Source: Desulfosudaceae bacterium (GTDB lineage: Bacteria > Desulfobacterota > Desulfobacteria > Desulfobacterales > Desulfosudaceae). From it: 64,000 bases of DNA. The notes below the pieces were generated by a model. That model was not told where the DNA came from. It made no database searches and saw only the letters and a list, made by a program, of their open reading frames with translations. Below, piece after piece: positions 19,286-29,222 of the stretch (positions are counted from its first letter, which is position 1; every line of letters begins with the position of its first letter). The position numbers were made by a program, and so were the translations under genes. The stretch spans positions 1 to 64,000 of the forward strand of contig CAXXDV010000003.1 of assembly GCA_963674745.2 (NCBI GenBank), written 5' to 3'.

Positions 19286-19456
19286 AACAGCTGAAAAACG
19301 TTAGAGTAATAGGATAAATCCTTCGTATAATCTATCAAACTACAAAGCACATCATATTAGTACATATATAGAAGTGAAAGACATTATTGTAAAAAATCCA
19401 TTATAAACCCCTACTACTATATATATTAATTAACGTGAGGACTCATTCTTTAACGC

Positions 19457-19500
19457 ATTCCGCCAAAATTCCGCCAAAATCACGCCAAAATCCAGTCAAA
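19457..19500 (+). repeat. Four tandem 11-bp repeats (ATTCCGCCAAA consensus)
   Basis: ATTCCGCCAAA, ATTCCGCCAAA, ATCACGCCAAA, ATCCAGTCAAA directly before the SD of 19512. Confidence 0.8.
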
Positions 19501-19511
19501 AAGGGGGTATA

Positions 19512-19865
19512 ATGTCAGAAAAAATATTCCTTCACGAAACAAAGTCAGCCAAATTCGTATTCGATAAGTCCAGCATCCCAGCCGACCAAAAAGAACCAGT
19601 TTATATCGTAATCACCGCTTTAGAATCCGGGTCCGGATCAGTTCTCTGTAAAGCATGCAACCAAGAATACCCGGCGGACCAACTTGTAAAAGAACCTATC
19701 GGTCATGGAACAAGTCCGCTTAAAACCAATCTAACCCAAAAGAAAGGAGGATTTTTCAAAAACCTGTTCGGTCGCAAGCAAAAGCTTCCCGGCATGTATG
19801 GAGGCGTCTGTTTTCGTTGTCCCGAAGGTCATGAACTTATATCAGCCAGAACCTGGATGACCTAA
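19512..19865 (+). CDS. Zinc-finger hypothetical protein
   Basis: CKAC...CPEGH. Confidence 0.7.
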   Translation: MSEKIFLHETKSAKFVFDKSSIPADQKEPVYIVITALESGSGSVLCKACNQEYPADQLVKEPIGHGTSPLKTNLTQKKGGFFKNLFGRKQKLPGMYGGVCFRCPEGHELISARTWMT

Positions 19866-20031
19866 TCTCAGTTCGTTTCGATTTCCCCACCAGCAGCAAA
19901 TCCGTAGTACCCATCCCAACCAGCTCAACAATTAATCCCGTAGCACCCACCCCAACAGTTTAACAATAAACCCATAACAAAACAGCTATATCCAATTAAC
20001 CCTTATCAACTAAGAAAGGAGAGGCATTCTT

Positions 20032-20367
20032 ATGTCCAATCAACTCATTTTAACCGGCAATCTCGGCGCAGACCCGGAGACATTCTTTTCCGGAGACGGG
20101 GACCCTGTGACCAGCTTTAACCTGGCTTTTAAAGTCGGCAAAGACAAAACCGGCTGGATCAGGTGCGTGGGTTTCAACAAACAGGCAGAAGTCGTCGAGA
20201 AGTATCTCCACAAAGGCGCCAGGATAATCGTCTTTGGTCGTTTGGATCCGCAGGAATGGGAAACCGAAGACAACCAGAAGCGAAAATCGTTCCAGGTCAT
20301 AATCCATTCCATCGAATTCGTCAAAACGGATGGTCGTGGCTTCGGTGAAGATGACACACCATTTTAA
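20032..20367 (+). CDS. ssb: Single-stranded DNA-binding protein (short)
   Basis: N..IL.GNLGADPE, YLHKG, GRL, acidic DDTPF tail. Confidence 0.93.
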   Translation: MSNQLILTGNLGADPETFFSGDGDPVTSFNLAFKVGKDKTGWIRCVGFNKQAEVVEKYLHKGARIIVFGRLDPQEWETEDNQKRKSFQVIIHSIEFVKTDGRGFGEDDTPF

Positions 20368-20401
20368 CCAACAACCAAAACGTAACAGGAGGTAAAAATC
20401 T

Positions 20402-21391
20402 ATGGTAACAACCGAAATTCAGAAGCGGAACAAAAAAGCGGAGAAACTCCAAGTTCTTGAAACCGACGATGGACAGTATTTCGTGGAAAGCTCAGACGGA
20501 AAAATCCTTTACCGGGTCAACCTGAGTGACGAACAGGTCAGCTGCATGTGCGGGGATTTTGCCAAGAGATCAAAGGGCGATCCGGATTTTAAATGCAAAC
20601 ACATCCTGGCGGTCTTTAATGCGCTGGCCACCGGAGAAGTTTCCAACGGGTCCTTTATCGAAAAGGTAAAACCCAAGCTGGATGACCGTTTTATCAAAAA
20701 GATAAAGGGTCGTGAATTCTGTCTCTATGCCGGATTGCTTGATATGGCGCATCAGAAAGGACTCATGAAGGTCGAAGTCACCCCGGTCCAGTACCCGACC
20801 AAAGAAAACGGTAATGAGGCGATCTGTCTGGCATGCGTGGAATCCAAATCCGGTGAAGTCTTCGTCGAGGTAGGTGATGCTTCCCCTGCAAATGTTTCTC
20901 AGATGATTGCAGAGCATATTATACGAATGGCGGCTACCAGGGCGAAAGCTCGTGCATTGAGAGATATGACCAATATCGGTATGACCTGCATGGAAGAGCT
21001 GTCTGACCCGGAGAAAGTTATTCCCAATGATCTTCCGCCTGCTCAACCCAACAAGAAAAGAACCCAGAAAAAAGCGCCGGCTAAATCTGCAGCCAAACCG
21101 GAAGCAAAAACGCAGAATACTGCGCTTTCTGACCAGAAACAAACCGAACCGGAGAAAAAATCCACCCCTGCCACCGACAAGAAGGACCAGGCGGCCGGGA
21201 AACAAACTGATTCAACGCCGGCGGTATTCTCCGAGGCTCAGAAACGGGCTATATACAATTTGTCCCGGCGCCGTGGCATATCCGTTGAGCAGCTTAACGA
21301 AATGTGCCAGGAAAATTACGGCGTAGAAGTTGAGCAGCTTACCGGGGATGATGCCTCAAAGTTTATCAGAACGCTCCAGACCGCCGCTTAA
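20402..21391 (+). CDS. SWIM zinc finger fused to a Rad52/ERF-like single-strand annealing domain
   Basis: CMC.DF...CKHI; GDA...IRMA.TRAKARALR..TNIG; C-terminal SEAQ...LT..DAS.FI. Confidence 0.7.
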   Translation: MVTTEIQKRNKKAEKLQVLETDDGQYFVESSDGKILYRVNLSDEQVSCMCGDFAKRSKGDPDFKCKHILAVFNALATGEVSNGSFIEKVKPKLDDRFIKKIKGREFCLYAGLLDMAHQKGLMKVEVTPVQYPTKENGNEAICLACVESKSGEVFVEVGDASPANVSQMIAEHIIRMAATRAKARALRDMTNIGMTCMEELSDPEKVIPNDLPPAQPNKKRTQKKAPAKSAAKPEAKTQNTALSDQKQTEPEKKSTPATDKKDQAAGKQTDSTPAVFSEAQKRAIYNLSRRRGISVEQLNEMCQENYGVEVEQLTGDDASKFIRTLQTAA

Positions 21392-21484
21392 ATCCCAGTA
21401 ACACGCAATATAATATTAACCCAAAGGGTAAAGGACCCCTAACGCTAAGGTACGTCCTTTACCCTTTATCTTTTGGAGGGTCAA

Positions 21485-22327
21485 ATGACATCATTACGTG
21501 ATCAACCACACTTATCTGCAAGCGCTATAACATCTTATATTGATTGCGGATTAAACTATAAGTTCGGCAAAATCGACCGCCTGGTTCCCGAGTTCACCCC
21601 TGATGCAATGGTATTTGGTACCGTTCTCCACTTGGTTTTAGAAAGCTTTTACATATTAAAGAAGGACGGCCAAGCACCGACGGTCAAACAAATCCATGAG
21701 CTTTTTGAGAACTACTGGGAATATAACGCCAAGGACCGGGATGATATCAAATACGCCGAAGGAAAGGACTACCAGACATATCTGACCATGGGAAAAGAAC
21801 TGCTGACCGTCTGGCACGACAAACTACCGGATGATAATTTCAAAGTCATTGCCACGGAAGTCGAATTTGCTCTTAATATCCCGGAAGTCCCCGTGCCTGT
21901 CATTGGATATATGGACCTCATCGAAGAGGACAACGCCGGCACGATTATTATCACGGATTTTAAATCAACCGGTCGCTCCTATTCTCATGACGAAATCGAC
22001 AAAAATATCCAGTTGCTCATTTATCAGATGGGAGCCAAAGCAAACTGGTATCCTGACCGATTAATCCTTCTTCGCTTTGACTGCCTGATCAAAACCAAAA
22101 CCCCGAAATTTGAGCAGTATTACACAACCCGGGGAGAGGCTGACGAGCGAAGGGTAATCAAAAAGATCCAGAGTGTATGGAAAGGAATTCAAAGCGGCGT
22201 ATTTTTACCCAACGATACATCCTGGAAATGCAAGGGATGCGCTTATAAACAGGTCTGTGACGAATACATGGAAGGAGGTGACTACATTGAAACTCAATCC
22301 GAATCAAGAGAAAGCTGCGCAGTTTAA
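21485..22327 (+). CDS. RecB/Cas4-like PD-(D/E)XK exonuclease with probable Fe-S cysteines
   Basis: LSAS.I..Y..C, FGT.LH, GYMDL, ITDFKS, QL.IY, C..C.Y...C; SD GGAGG. Confidence 0.85.
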   Translation: MTSLRDQPHLSASAITSYIDCGLNYKFGKIDRLVPEFTPDAMVFGTVLHLVLESFYILKKDGQAPTVKQIHELFENYWEYNAKDRDDIKYAEGKDYQTYLTMGKELLTVWHDKLPDDNFKVIATEVEFALNIPEVPVPVIGYMDLIEEDNAGTIIITDFKSTGRSYSHDEIDKNIQLLIYQMGAKANWYPDRLILLRFDCLIKTKTPKFEQYYTTRGEADERRVIKKIQSVWKGIQSGVFLPNDTSWKCKGCAYKQVCDEYMEGGDYIETQSESRESCAV

Positions 22328-24158
22328 AGACGGTATATGCGCGGTAATAGCCGTTCCAGGATCAGGCAAGACGATGACCATGATGGAGCGGATCGGTATT
22401 CTGGTGAACAATTATCGGATACCCCCGGAAAACATCCTGGGACTGACCTTTACCAAGAATGCTGCTGATGAAATGCGCAATCGCCTGGTACCTATACTGG
22501 GTGACCGGGCATCACGGGTCCATTTATCCACGATTCATTCTTTCGCATTCTGGATATTGCGCAATGAAGGATTTCGCTTTGATATCCTCAGCGGAAAGGA
22601 CCAGTTGATTTTCGTTAAAGATATTATGAAGAAACTCCGGGTCAATGATGTATCGGTTGGCGTGGTCTTGCGGGAAATCAGCTTATCGAAAAATAATATG
22701 ATAACGGTGGAAGATTTCTATGACCTGTATGCCGGCGATGCTGTTATGAAAAAGCTCGGGGATATTTACAAGCGGTATGATGAAGAAAAAGCTGACCGGA
22801 TGCTAAAGGATTTTGATGACCTGTTGATCGACACCTATGAATTGTTGAAGAATGACCGGGACGTTAGAATAAAATACCGGGAAATCTTCAAGCACTTGCT
22901 GGTCGATGAATATCAGGACACAAATCCAATCCAGCTTGAAATCATCAAACTATTAATCGGCGAAGGTGATGGGACAAGCTACTTTATCGTGGGAGATGAT
23001 CATCAGGCGATATTCAGCTTCACCGGCGCATCGGTTGGGAACATTCTGAATTTTAAATCCATGTTCCCGAGCTCAGAAATGTTTATCCTGAATCTCAATT
23101 ACCGGAGCACGCCGGAAATCCTGCGTGCCTGCCAGAACCTGATCCGTCATAACACCAGGCAAATCGAAAAGGAACTAATGACGGAGAATGAGAATGGCGA
23201 TGATGTGATAGTGCTCGAATCGTCCAATGAAGAAACGGAAAGCACAGCCATTTTGACAGAAATCCAGGACCTGGTTGAGCGTAAAGGGTATAAGTATGCT
23301 GACATTGCCGTTTTGTATCGGGCGAATTTCCAATCCCGCGTTATTGAGGAGACCCTTTTATCCCATCGCATCCCTTACCATATCCAGAACGGGATGACCT
23401 TTTATGACCGGTTCGAGGTTAGGGTATTGCTGGATTATCTCCGGTTTATCAATAACCCTTTATCAGTCGAAGGCGATGAATCGTTAGCCAGGATTTTGAA
23501 TGTGCCCAATCGGTATATTAGCCGGCAATTTGTAAGCGATCTGGAAAAACAGGCAGACTCGGAAGGCAAGCATCTTTACGAGGTCTTAAAATCCATGCAC
23601 ATCGGTCTTCCGTATATCCGCAAAAATGTGAAGAATTTTATAGCGCTTATGGATCCTTTAATTGGGGATGCAGGGGAAAGAAACCCGTCTGGCTTGCTTC
23701 AATTCTTACGCATTGAATTGGATTATGACCGTGCTGTGACTGACGAGGATATCCCTTCGCCAGATGATGCTAAAATCCAGAATATCGAGCAACTGGTATT
23801 CTCCGCTTCCCGGTTTACAACGATTCAGACATTCATCCAGTATTGCGATTCATTCGAAGATGTTGAAACCGTTAATAACAAAGACGGGGTATCTTTGATG
23901 ACGGTGCATAAGGCTAAAGGACTTGAGTTCCCGGTGGTCATGGTAATCGGTATGGTCGAAGGCATTCTGCCTAGCAAGAAAGGCGATATCGAAGAGGAAC
24001 GCCGGATTTGTTTTGTAGCGATATCCCGAGCGATGAAGCTTTTGTACCTGTCCTATTCACATACCTACCTGGGTCAGCCCTGCAAGAAGAGCATATTCTT
24101 GGATGAAATCCTGGCCGATGAATCACAGGCTGACGACCAGGATAAAATCGCCTCCTAA
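22287..24158 (+). CDS. UvrD/PcrA-family SF1 DNA helicase
   Basis: LNPNQ, GSGKT, LVDEYQD, VGDDHQAI, NYRS, TVHKAKGLEF, EERR; TTG start after SD GGAGG. Confidence 0.93.
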   Translation: MKLNPNQEKAAQFKDGICAVIAVPGSGKTMTMMERIGILVNNYRIPPENILGLTFTKNAADEMRNRLVPILGDRASRVHLSTIHSFAFWILRNEGFRFDILSGKDQLIFVKDIMKKLRVNDVSVGVVLREISLSKNNMITVEDFYDLYAGDAVMKKLGDIYKRYDEEKADRMLKDFDDLLIDTYELLKNDRDVRIKYREIFKHLLVDEYQDTNPIQLEIIKLLIGEGDGTSYFIVGDDHQAIFSFTGASVGNILNFKSMFPSSEMFILNLNYRSTPEILRACQNLIRHNTRQIEKELMTENENGDDVIVLESSNEETESTAILTEIQDLVERKGYKYADIAVLYRANFQSRVIEETLLSHRIPYHIQNGMTFYDRFEVRVLLDYLRFINNPLSVEGDESLARILNVPNRYISRQFVSDLEKQADSEGKHLYEVLKSMHIGLPYIRKNVKNFIALMDPLIGDAGERNPSGLLQFLRIELDYDRAVTDEDIPSPDDAKIQNIEQLVFSASRFTTIQTFIQYCDSFEDVETVNNKDGVSLMTVHKAKGLEFPVVMVIGMVEGILPSKKGDIEEERRICFVAISRAMKLLYLSYSHTYLGQPCKKSIFLDEILADESQADDQDKIAS

Positions 24159-24259
24159 CCCTTCCCAGACCTTCACCAGCACTCGTTCTATTCTGTCCTA
24201 ACCCATAGGGTATAAAATAATTAAACCCGCGTATAACCAACATGAGAAAGGAGAATCGT

Positions 24260-24766
24260 ATGTCATTTGAGATGTTGTATTTTAACGATGCAGAGAAAGT
24301 GTTTACCAAGAAAAAGTTAACCAAAGACATCCAGTTGACCATGGAGTACATTGACGAGATGCTTGCCGGTCGGTCTTATCGCGGAGAGCTTTTGCGTCAG
24401 GCGCTTTCGGATATGGACTGGCGAAATGGTGACTTGAGCATCATAAGTGGTCGAAAATATTACTACAAAGGCTATAAGAGCGGTGTCGCCCTTGATGGTA
24501 GCTTCAATTCATATGAGTATATTTTGACCGGATTGTTTCGACTGCAGATTGGATTTGTCAAAGGGACTGTGGATGCTGGTATTCTGATGCTTCCCTCCAA
24601 TCGGGGAGAAAAATCGCCTTTGGGAACGACTGCTCAGATCGTTTCGACCGAGATCAAAATGATCAACAAAAGTATTACTGTGCCTGTTGCAATCTGTTTG
24701 TTTGACTTTGGCATTCCCATCATATCAGAAGAAAACCAGGTCGAAGAAGAAACCATCCCATCATAA
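24260..24766 (+). CDS. Hypothetical protein resembling the BglII/BstYI restriction fold, apparently degenerate
   Basis: YK.GVAL, L..LQ..F..G.VDAGI and VPV patterns; SD AAGGAG. Confidence 0.5.
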   Translation: MSFEMLYFNDAEKVFTKKKLTKDIQLTMEYIDEMLAGRSYRGELLRQALSDMDWRNGDLSIISGRKYYYKGYKSGVALDGSFNSYEYILTGLFRLQIGFVKGTVDAGILMLPSNRGEKSPLGTTAQIVSTEIKMINKSITVPVAICLFDFGIPIISEENQVEEETIPS

Positions 24767-25020
24767 CAAATCCCGCCTGTTACAATCATTTCCCTCGCAT
24801 AGATAGAGAAACAAACCGAAAAATCCATTCGAAACAATCGTATCCCGGCCAGTTCACTACTGAACAGCAGGATCGGGAGAGAAACGTACTATCTCAACCC
24901 AATTGAAACAAACCGGGGATTATGGCGATGGACCAGTTTGTAACCCGGTCCGGTTTTACGTCGTAATGCCCGGTTTTAAATCACAAGAATCAAACTATTA
25001 TTTATGAAAGGAAAACACTT

Positions 25021-25956
25021 ATGAAAAACATGACAACCCTTGGACAGGTCGCCGACCAGATTGATTCCATGAGCAGAAATTGCCATGACAAAGTTGTAAG
25101 CACTGCGGACATCGCGTTTATGGATCTTGAGCATGTTTCTATTGCCGGCGAAACATTCCCCATAACCCCGCTTGCCCAACGTTCGTTTGCCTATAGATTG
25201 GCCATCCCTTACCAGTATTTGGCGAGATGCCCTGCAGAAATCCAGGCGTATAACATGAATCACTGGATCAAAGAAGAACCAAACCCTGAACTGTTTTTCC
25301 GATTCGATGGCGATGAAGTTCGAGCGCTTTTTACCACCAAATACCAGCCGGTGGACAACTTTGAAGTGCTTGAGCGCCTTGATTCCTTTGGCTATGGACC
25401 TGAAACCCCGGTTCAATGCAACCTGGATCCGGATTTTATGAGCCTGTCCATACCGGATAAGGAATACGCTTTTAAGGTTAACAAAAAGGATGAGCATATA
25501 CCGGGCATTTCCATCTCCAATTCTGAAGTGGGTCTGGCCTCATTGTCCATTGCAGCTTTCGTTTTGCGCCTGGTCTGCACCAATGGAATGGTCAGGCGGA
25601 CAGAGATCTCCGGCAAATCCTATCGCCATGTATCCGCAAAGGTTCTGGAAGACTTACCCCAGACCATCGATATGGTTCGGGTGGACCTGGATAAGCAAAA
25701 GAGCCAGTTCCAGATATCCCTTCAATCGCCGGTTGAGCATCCCCAAGCATTTGTCGATCATACCAACCGTCAATACCAGTTGAGTCAGCCTGAGAAACAA
25801 GCGGTGGACTGGTCAATACCCATGGAACTGGGAAACACCATGTTTCACGTGATCAATACCTACACCAAGGCGTCCCAGCATCCCGAGCTTTCGGCTGAAT
25901 CAAGCTACAAACTCCAGCGGATCGGCGGAAACATTCTCGATGCAGTCAGAAACTAA
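25021..25956 (+). CDS. DUF932-family protein
   Basis: ISNSEVG..S, RLVCTNGM, RH motifs. Confidence 0.8.
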   Translation: MKNMTTLGQVADQIDSMSRNCHDKVVSTADIAFMDLEHVSIAGETFPITPLAQRSFAYRLAIPYQYLARCPAEIQAYNMNHWIKEEPNPELFFRFDGDEVRALFTTKYQPVDNFEVLERLDSFGYGPETPVQCNLDPDFMSLSIPDKEYAFKVNKKDEHIPGISISNSEVGLASLSIAAFVLRLVCTNGMVRRTEISGKSYRHVSAKVLEDLPQTIDMVRVDLDKQKSQFQISLQSPVEHPQAFVDHTNRQYQLSQPEKQAVDWSIPMELGNTMFHVINTYTKASQHPELSAESSYKLQRIGGNILDAVRN

Positions 25957-25974
25957 CCAGCAAGGGGGTGTTTT

Positions 25975-26184
25975 ATGCCGATTATCGTTTGGTGGATGGT
26001 GGCAATAGCCATAGGGATATTAGCAGCCAGGGTCGCCATAGATGAGCAGACGCCGGTGGAACAGGTGACCACTCCCATTACCCATATCTTTGGCGGAAGC
26101 ATAGAGATCATCGGCTATGGCGTGGTCATCGCCCTGATAATACTTGCTCTCGGGTATGCGTTTAAATCCAACAGAAAGGGGTGA
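25975..26184 (+). CDS. Small membrane protein
   Basis: Two hydrophobic segments, SD. Confidence 0.65.
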   Translation: MPIIVWWMVAIAIGILAARVAIDEQTPVEQVTTPITHIFGGSIEIIGYGVVIALIILALGYAFKSNRKG

Positions 26185-26187
26185 TCT

Positions 26188-26757
26188 GTGAAACAAACTG
26201 TTTTAATGGCGGTATTGATTATCACCATGCTCCTGCTGGTTGGTATGGGAAAACACCCGTCTGATGATTATATCAGTGGATACCAGGATGCCATGGATTT
26301 CGTTGAGAATGAATCCAGAGAATTTCGAAACGATCTCAAATCCGGTCTTGAAACCCAGCTGCTCTGGTACGCCATTATCATTGTCGGCGTAACCCTTTGG
26401 GGATCGGAACTTGGCGAATTAATCAGGACCAGAATAAAAAACTGGTTTCACCTGACCACAGAGACCCAGGTTGCCCTTGCGTTGATGATTTACGGGCTGA
26501 TTGTTTCCGGTATCCTTGTCTGTTTCTTTAGCACAGCCGGTATTTCAGAAAAGATGATCATGCCCGTATTGATTCTGTTGGCAGCCAGTCTCATCCCCTT
26601 TATCCGCTATGTTCGAAATCTTGGGAATAATAACGCCGGCGAGCTCAAGATGAATTTGGTCAAGATAAAACAATTTCTCATCATGACGCTGGTTATTTTG
26701 ATTTTGTATCAGGTTTTATCGGACAGCGGATTTCTGGGGATAAAGATCGGCGGGTAA
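26188..26757 (+). CDS. Membrane protein
   Basis: About five hydrophobic segments, in operon. Confidence 0.7.
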   Translation: MKQTVLMAVLIITMLLLVGMGKHPSDDYISGYQDAMDFVENESREFRNDLKSGLETQLLWYAIIIVGVTLWGSELGELIRTRIKNWFHLTTETQVALALMIYGLIVSGILVCFFSTAGISEKMIMPVLILLAASLIPFIRYVRNLGNNNAGELKMNLVKIKQFLIMTLVILILYQVLSDSGFLGIKIGG

Positions 26758-26775
26758 ATATAAGGAGGTGATGTT

Positions 26776-27279
26776 GTGAAAGAAGAAGCCAAATTCTGGC
26801 GGGATTTAAAGTCCGGCAAATTCGCTTCCATGGTCAAAGAATCCTCCCGTGGCCAGCAGGTCAACAATCCCCAGGATGTCTATAACGTGATGAAGCCTGT
26901 GTTTGCTGAAAACGACGATGTGGAAACGATCTACTGTATATTCATGGATACAAAGAACCGGATAATCGCCACGGAGAAAATGTTTTCTGGAACCATTGGT
27001 CAGTCAGCTGTTTTCCCCAGAGAGATTGTCAAACGGGTCATTGCCTTAAAAGCGTCTGCAATCATTATGGTCCATAATCATCCCAGTGGAGATCAAGCAC
27101 CATCAAAAGAAGATATGGCCATCACGGGAAAATTATGGGTTGCCTTACGAAGCATGCAGGTGAGCTTTCATGACCATATCATCGTGGGAGACGGGTTCTA
27201 TAGCTTTAGCGATGAAGGATTTTTTGAATCCCTGGACAGCGAGTTTATGACATTTACGAAAAAGGTGACAATCAAATAA
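26776..27279 (+). CDS. radC: RadC-like JAB domain protein
   Basis: GTI...V.PREI, HNHPSG, PSKED, DHIIVG. Confidence 0.92.
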   Translation: MKEEAKFWRDLKSGKFASMVKESSRGQQVNNPQDVYNVMKPVFAENDDVETIYCIFMDTKNRIIATEKMFSGTIGQSAVFPREIVKRVIALKASAIIMVHNHPSGDQAPSKEDMAITGKLWVALRSMQVSFHDHIIVGDGFYSFSDEGFFESLDSEFMTFTKKVTIK

Positions 27280-27290
27280 GAAAGGAAAAT

Positions 27291-27497
27291 TTGCCTATGA
27301 TAGAGCCAAAAGAAAAACCAGTTGTACAGCTTGTCGGCCATGATGGTAATGCCTTTGCCATCATGGGACGTGTGAAGCAGGCGTTAAAACGTGCCGGCGC
27401 GGACAAAGAATATATTGACCGGTATATGAAAGAAGCCATGTCCGGAGACTATAACCATCTTTTAGCGGTCAGCATGGAATATGCCAACGTGGAATAA
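27291..27497 (+). CDS. Conserved small phage/MGE protein
   Basis: LVG.DGNAFAIMG.V..ALK.AG...SGDY.HLL. Confidence 0.75.
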   Translation: MPMIEPKEKPVVQLVGHDGNAFAIMGRVKQALKRAGADKEYIDRYMKEAMSGDYNHLLAVSMEYANVE

Positions 27498-27512
27498 ACA
27501 GGAGGATACAGT

Positions 27513-27788
27513 ATGAATAACGATCGTGTTGAGAATTGGCGCCGCTTTTCTGCGCATATGGAAAAATATATTGCAGAGCGGACCATCGAAAAATATCAGG
27601 TTGATGAGAGCAAAGGTCTTGACCTGATGAGCCTGTCAAACTCGGAAATCTGCGTCTGGAATATCCTGCGGTATGCTTTGCGTATGTGGAAAGGGAAAAA
27701 GAAACAGCATGACCTGGAGAAAGTTGCTCATTATGCTGAGATGGCGTGGACGCTGAACGGTGCAAAGCCGGCCGCTGATAACAAGTAA
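27513..27788 (+). CDS. Hypothetical MGE protein
   Basis: NILRY..R...K..DLEK..HY pattern; SD AGGAGG. Confidence 0.7.
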   Translation: MNNDRVENWRRFSAHMEKYIAERTIEKYQVDESKGLDLMSLSNSEICVWNILRYALRMWKGKKKQHDLEKVAHYAEMAWTLNGAKPAADNK

Positions 27789-27817
27789 GTTGGCTGCTAT
27801 TGGCTTGCAAGTATATC

Positions 27818-27850
27818 AAAATGCTCTTCATCCTTGGGGAGCATTTTTTT
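27818..27850. terminator. Rho-independent terminator
   Basis: AAAATGCTCTTCA/TGGGGAGCATTTT stem followed by T tract. Confidence 0.75.
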
Positions 27851-27872
27851 GTTTGATGAAAGTGGACCGTTT

Positions 27873-27960
27873 CGTTACGTACGAAATTTATATTATATAA
27901 CGTAGATTCGCTGTTTGCGCCAGTCCGCGTTGTACATAAATTTGCAAAATCAGCCCTATA
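27873..27960 (+). repeat. res-like repeat, copy B
   Basis: CGTTACGTACGAAATT...TATATAACGTAGA, 24 bp, TGTACATAAAT...CTATA. Confidence 0.65.
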
Positions 27961-29134
27961 AGGATTCTGTATTTTGTAGAGAATCAAGTGGGCTTCGCAC
28001 TCCAAGACTATTTATTTTGGCGACATGCGTATAGATCATGGTTGTCTTTAAGCTGGAATGGCCGAGCAGTTCCTGGACAGTTCGGATATCAGATCCATCT
28101 TCAACCAGGTGAGTGGCAAATGAGTGTCTGAGCGTATGCGTGGTTACCCGTTTGGAGATGCCAGCTTTTACCGCAGCCCTTTTTAAATGCTTCTGTAAAG
28201 TGGACGGATATATATGCCACCTGCGAATAATACCTGTTTTAGGGTCCGTTGATAATGAGCTTGCCGGAAACAGCCATTGCCAGATCCACTCCTTACCGGC
28301 ATTCGGGTATTTTCTTTCAAGCGCAAAAGGCAGTTCAACACCGGGCACGTTATTTTTTCTGTCGTTTTCAAATATCAATCGAACTTTATCAATATGCTTT
28401 TTTAAATCATCCCGTAGGCTTTGAGGCAACACGGTTTGCCGGTCCTTATCGCCTTTTCCGCCAAAGATAGTAATCGTGCCTTTTTCAAGACCCACATCTT
28501 TGATCCTTAAATTCAGGCATTCAGTTAATCGCAAGCCTCCGCCATACATGATCTTTGCCATTAAACGATAAACACCATCCATATGATCAAACAAACGCAA
28601 TACCTCTGATTTGGTTAAGACAACCGGAATATTGCGCCGACTTTTTGACCTGACCACATCATTTAGATCTTCGATATCTTTTTCCAGAACATGCCGGAAG
28701 AAAAACAGCAGTGCGTTAAAAGCCTGGTTCTGGGTGGATCGGCTGAATTTTTTATCGACAGCCAAATGGGATAGAAAATTTCTTACGTGAGTGCTGTCAA
28801 GCTTGAAGGGCGAGGAGCTTCTATTAAACAGATAAAAGCACCTTAACCAATACATATACGTCTGTTCAGTGGCCAGGGCACGGCGCTTTAATCGCAGTAT
28901 GTTTTTCATCTCATTGGCTGCAAAACGCCATTGGTCATCACTGTTAACAGCTTCTGTATTGGCCGGCTTGATTTTTGTTTTGACAAAAAATTGGTATAAG
29001 TTGATGGCTTCGGCAGCCTGTTCGATCTGCCAGTCCTCGTGTTTTCTCCCCAGCTTTTGTAAATAGGTCTGAATCTCTGCGCTGGAAAGCTCATCACCAA
29101 ATTGCTTTTGGCTGGCCGACAGGCACTTTTTCAC
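27956..29134 (-). CDS. intI: Integron integrase (tyrosine recombinase); reading frame is open to 29224
   Basis: STQNQAFNAL, GGLRL.E, GKGDKDR, integron-specific insert LP.ALERKYPNA..EW.WQWLFP, HTLRHSFATH, LLGH, TMIYTH. Confidence 0.96.
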   Translation of the reverse strand: MKKCLSASQKQFGDELSSAEIQTYLQKLGRKHEDWQIEQAAEAINLYQFFVKTKIKPANTEAVNSDDQWRFAANEMKNILRLKRRALATEQTYMYWLRCFYLFNRSSSPFKLDSTHVRNFLSHLAVDKKFSRSTQNQAFNALLFFFRHVLEKDIEDLNDVVRSKSRRNIPVVLTKSEVLRLFDHMDGVYRLMAKIMYGGGLRLTECLNLRIKDVGLEKGTITIFGGKGDKDRQTVLPQSLRDDLKKHIDKVRLIFENDRKNNVPGVELPFALERKYPNAGKEWIWQWLFPASSLSTDPKTGIIRRWHIYPSTLQKHLKRAAVKAGISKRVTTHTLRHSFATHLVEDGSDIRTVQELLGHSSLKTTMIYTHVAKINSLGVRSPLDSLQNTESL

Positions 29135-29222
29135 CCAGATTGTATAAAAAGGCGCACTTTTGGGGGTAACAAGCTGTTTTGATTTGATATATGTTTCAAA
29201 GTCATTGAAAGCGACCTCCTGA

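Noticed and set aside
19512..27788. Prophage
   Set aside because: Phage-like early genes only; no terminase, capsid, tail or lysis genes in the window.
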